From the IMG/VR virus record IMGVR_UViG_3300020559_000006: a stretch of 50,037 bases of DNA, one strand, 5' to 3'. The position numbers and the translations under genes were made by a program. The stretch is from a virus. Below the pieces are notes generated by a model. It searched no databases, had not been told where the DNA came from, and saw nothing but the letters and a program-made list of their open reading frames with translations. Of this stretch, positions 49,661 to 50,037 are shown piece after piece. Position 1 is the stretch's first letter. Each line of letters begins with the position of its first letter.

Positions 49661-49699
49661 ACTCTACTAGACTTATTCCAATTTGTCAAGGGGTGTCAA
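49661..49699 (-). promoter_or_regulatory. Inward-facing right-arm promoter (TTGACA-17-TAGAGT) with duplicated -35
   Basis: -35 at 49689..49684, with a second CCCCTTGACA copy at 49699..49694; -10 at 49666..49661. Drives the FGE-like gene. Confidence 0.55.
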
Positions 49700-49910
49700 G
49701 GGGTTTTTTAGAAAATATTTTCAGGATAACCGATAATGCTCTAGGATCACCATCTAGCAGTGCTTCTAGAAATTCCCCATACATAGGATAAATGTTTTCT
49801 TTTTGCCGAAAGAAAAAGCCGCCATCTATCAGCAGCTTGTCCCAGAGTGCTTTCTTGTCTTTTGGCAGTCGGCATTGAATCCGAACTTTGTCTTCATTAG
49901 GTCTGGACAT
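49686..49910 (-). CDS. TIR-encoded small protein, second copy (possible RHH regulator)
   Basis: 74 aa, about 88% identical to 124..360, with a different C-terminus. Confidence 0.4.
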   Translation of the reverse strand: MSRPNEDKVRIQCRLPKDKKALWDKLLIDGGFFFRQKENIYPMYGEFLEALLDGDPRALSVILKIFSKKPLDTP

Positions 49911-49939
49911 TTGGGATTAACTCCACTAGATATATCTAA

Positions 49940-49968
49940 ACTATAGACTATAGCAGAAAATCTGTAGA
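49940..49968 (-). promoter_or_regulatory. Mirror copy of the candidate TIR-gene promoter
   Basis: Lies inside the perfectly identical 99-nt terminal segment. Confidence 0.3.
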
Positions 49969-50037
49969 TGATCCGACATTTGAATTGCGGCTTTAGTTTT
50001 GCTTAAATGCTATTCTCCATGTTGCGGATCAGCTTAC

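Larger units (their letters stand above)
49649..50037. repeat. Right terminal inverted repeat (TIR-R)
   Basis: Reverse complement of 1-385. Contains the diverged second copy of the small ORF and a promoter with a tandemly duplicated CCCCTTGACA. Confidence 0.95.

Noticed and set aside
1-50037. Temperate or transposable lifestyle (integrase, attP, Mu-like transposase) and protein-primed replication (family-B polymerase, terminal protein)
   Set aside because: No ORF shows recombinase, DDE or polymerase motifs by eye. The largest unknown ORFs (372, 342, 319 aa) are too small or lack the motifs. This is absence of evidence only and needs profile searches.

Overview
The window reads as a complete ~50-kb linear genome of a tailed cyanophage. 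It is bounded by ~385-bp terminal inverted repeats whose first 99 nt are identical. I counted 20 copies of the cyanobacterial HIP1 palindrome GCGATCGC. Recognisable morphogenesis genes are large terminase, portal, scaffold, major capsid, major tail, a 1703-aa tape measure with embedded lysozyme and YkuD-like domains, and clear homologues of lambda M, L, I and J. These are scattered over both strands rather than arranged in the canonical lambda order, and no K homologue was seen. Non-structural genes include ERF recombinase, a two-OB SSB, a DEDDh exonuclease, an XRE repressor-like protein, an orphan N6-adenine methyltransferase, ASCH-like proteins, two ParB-like proteins, a GNAT, and an FGE-sulfatase-domain protein. 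A sigma-70 factor fused to an InsA-like zinc ribbon heads an operon that ends in a PAPS-reductase-like gene. I recognised no DNA polymerase, primase, helicase, integrase, protelomerase, transposase, tRNA or CRISPR array. The most notable signals found by direct reading are these. (1) A complete hammerhead ribozyme at 1774-1829, plus a degenerate second copy; the two sit in 64-nt direct repeats flanking one gene, two genes upstream of a small 2H-phosphoesterase-like ORF. (2) Eight copies of one promoter family, five nearly identical and carrying the palindrome ACAAATATTTGT, which organise early genes as promoter-gene-terminator cassettes. (3) A ~95-bp direct-repeat-bounded cassette encoding a (KKTGEST)x12 HExxH protein. 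(4) A 56-bp inverted repeat pair bracketing the head module. (5) Duplicated fibre/LamG modules. (6) An unannotated 42-aa signal-peptide ORF. All functional calls rest on motif recognition by eye and need profile or structure searches.
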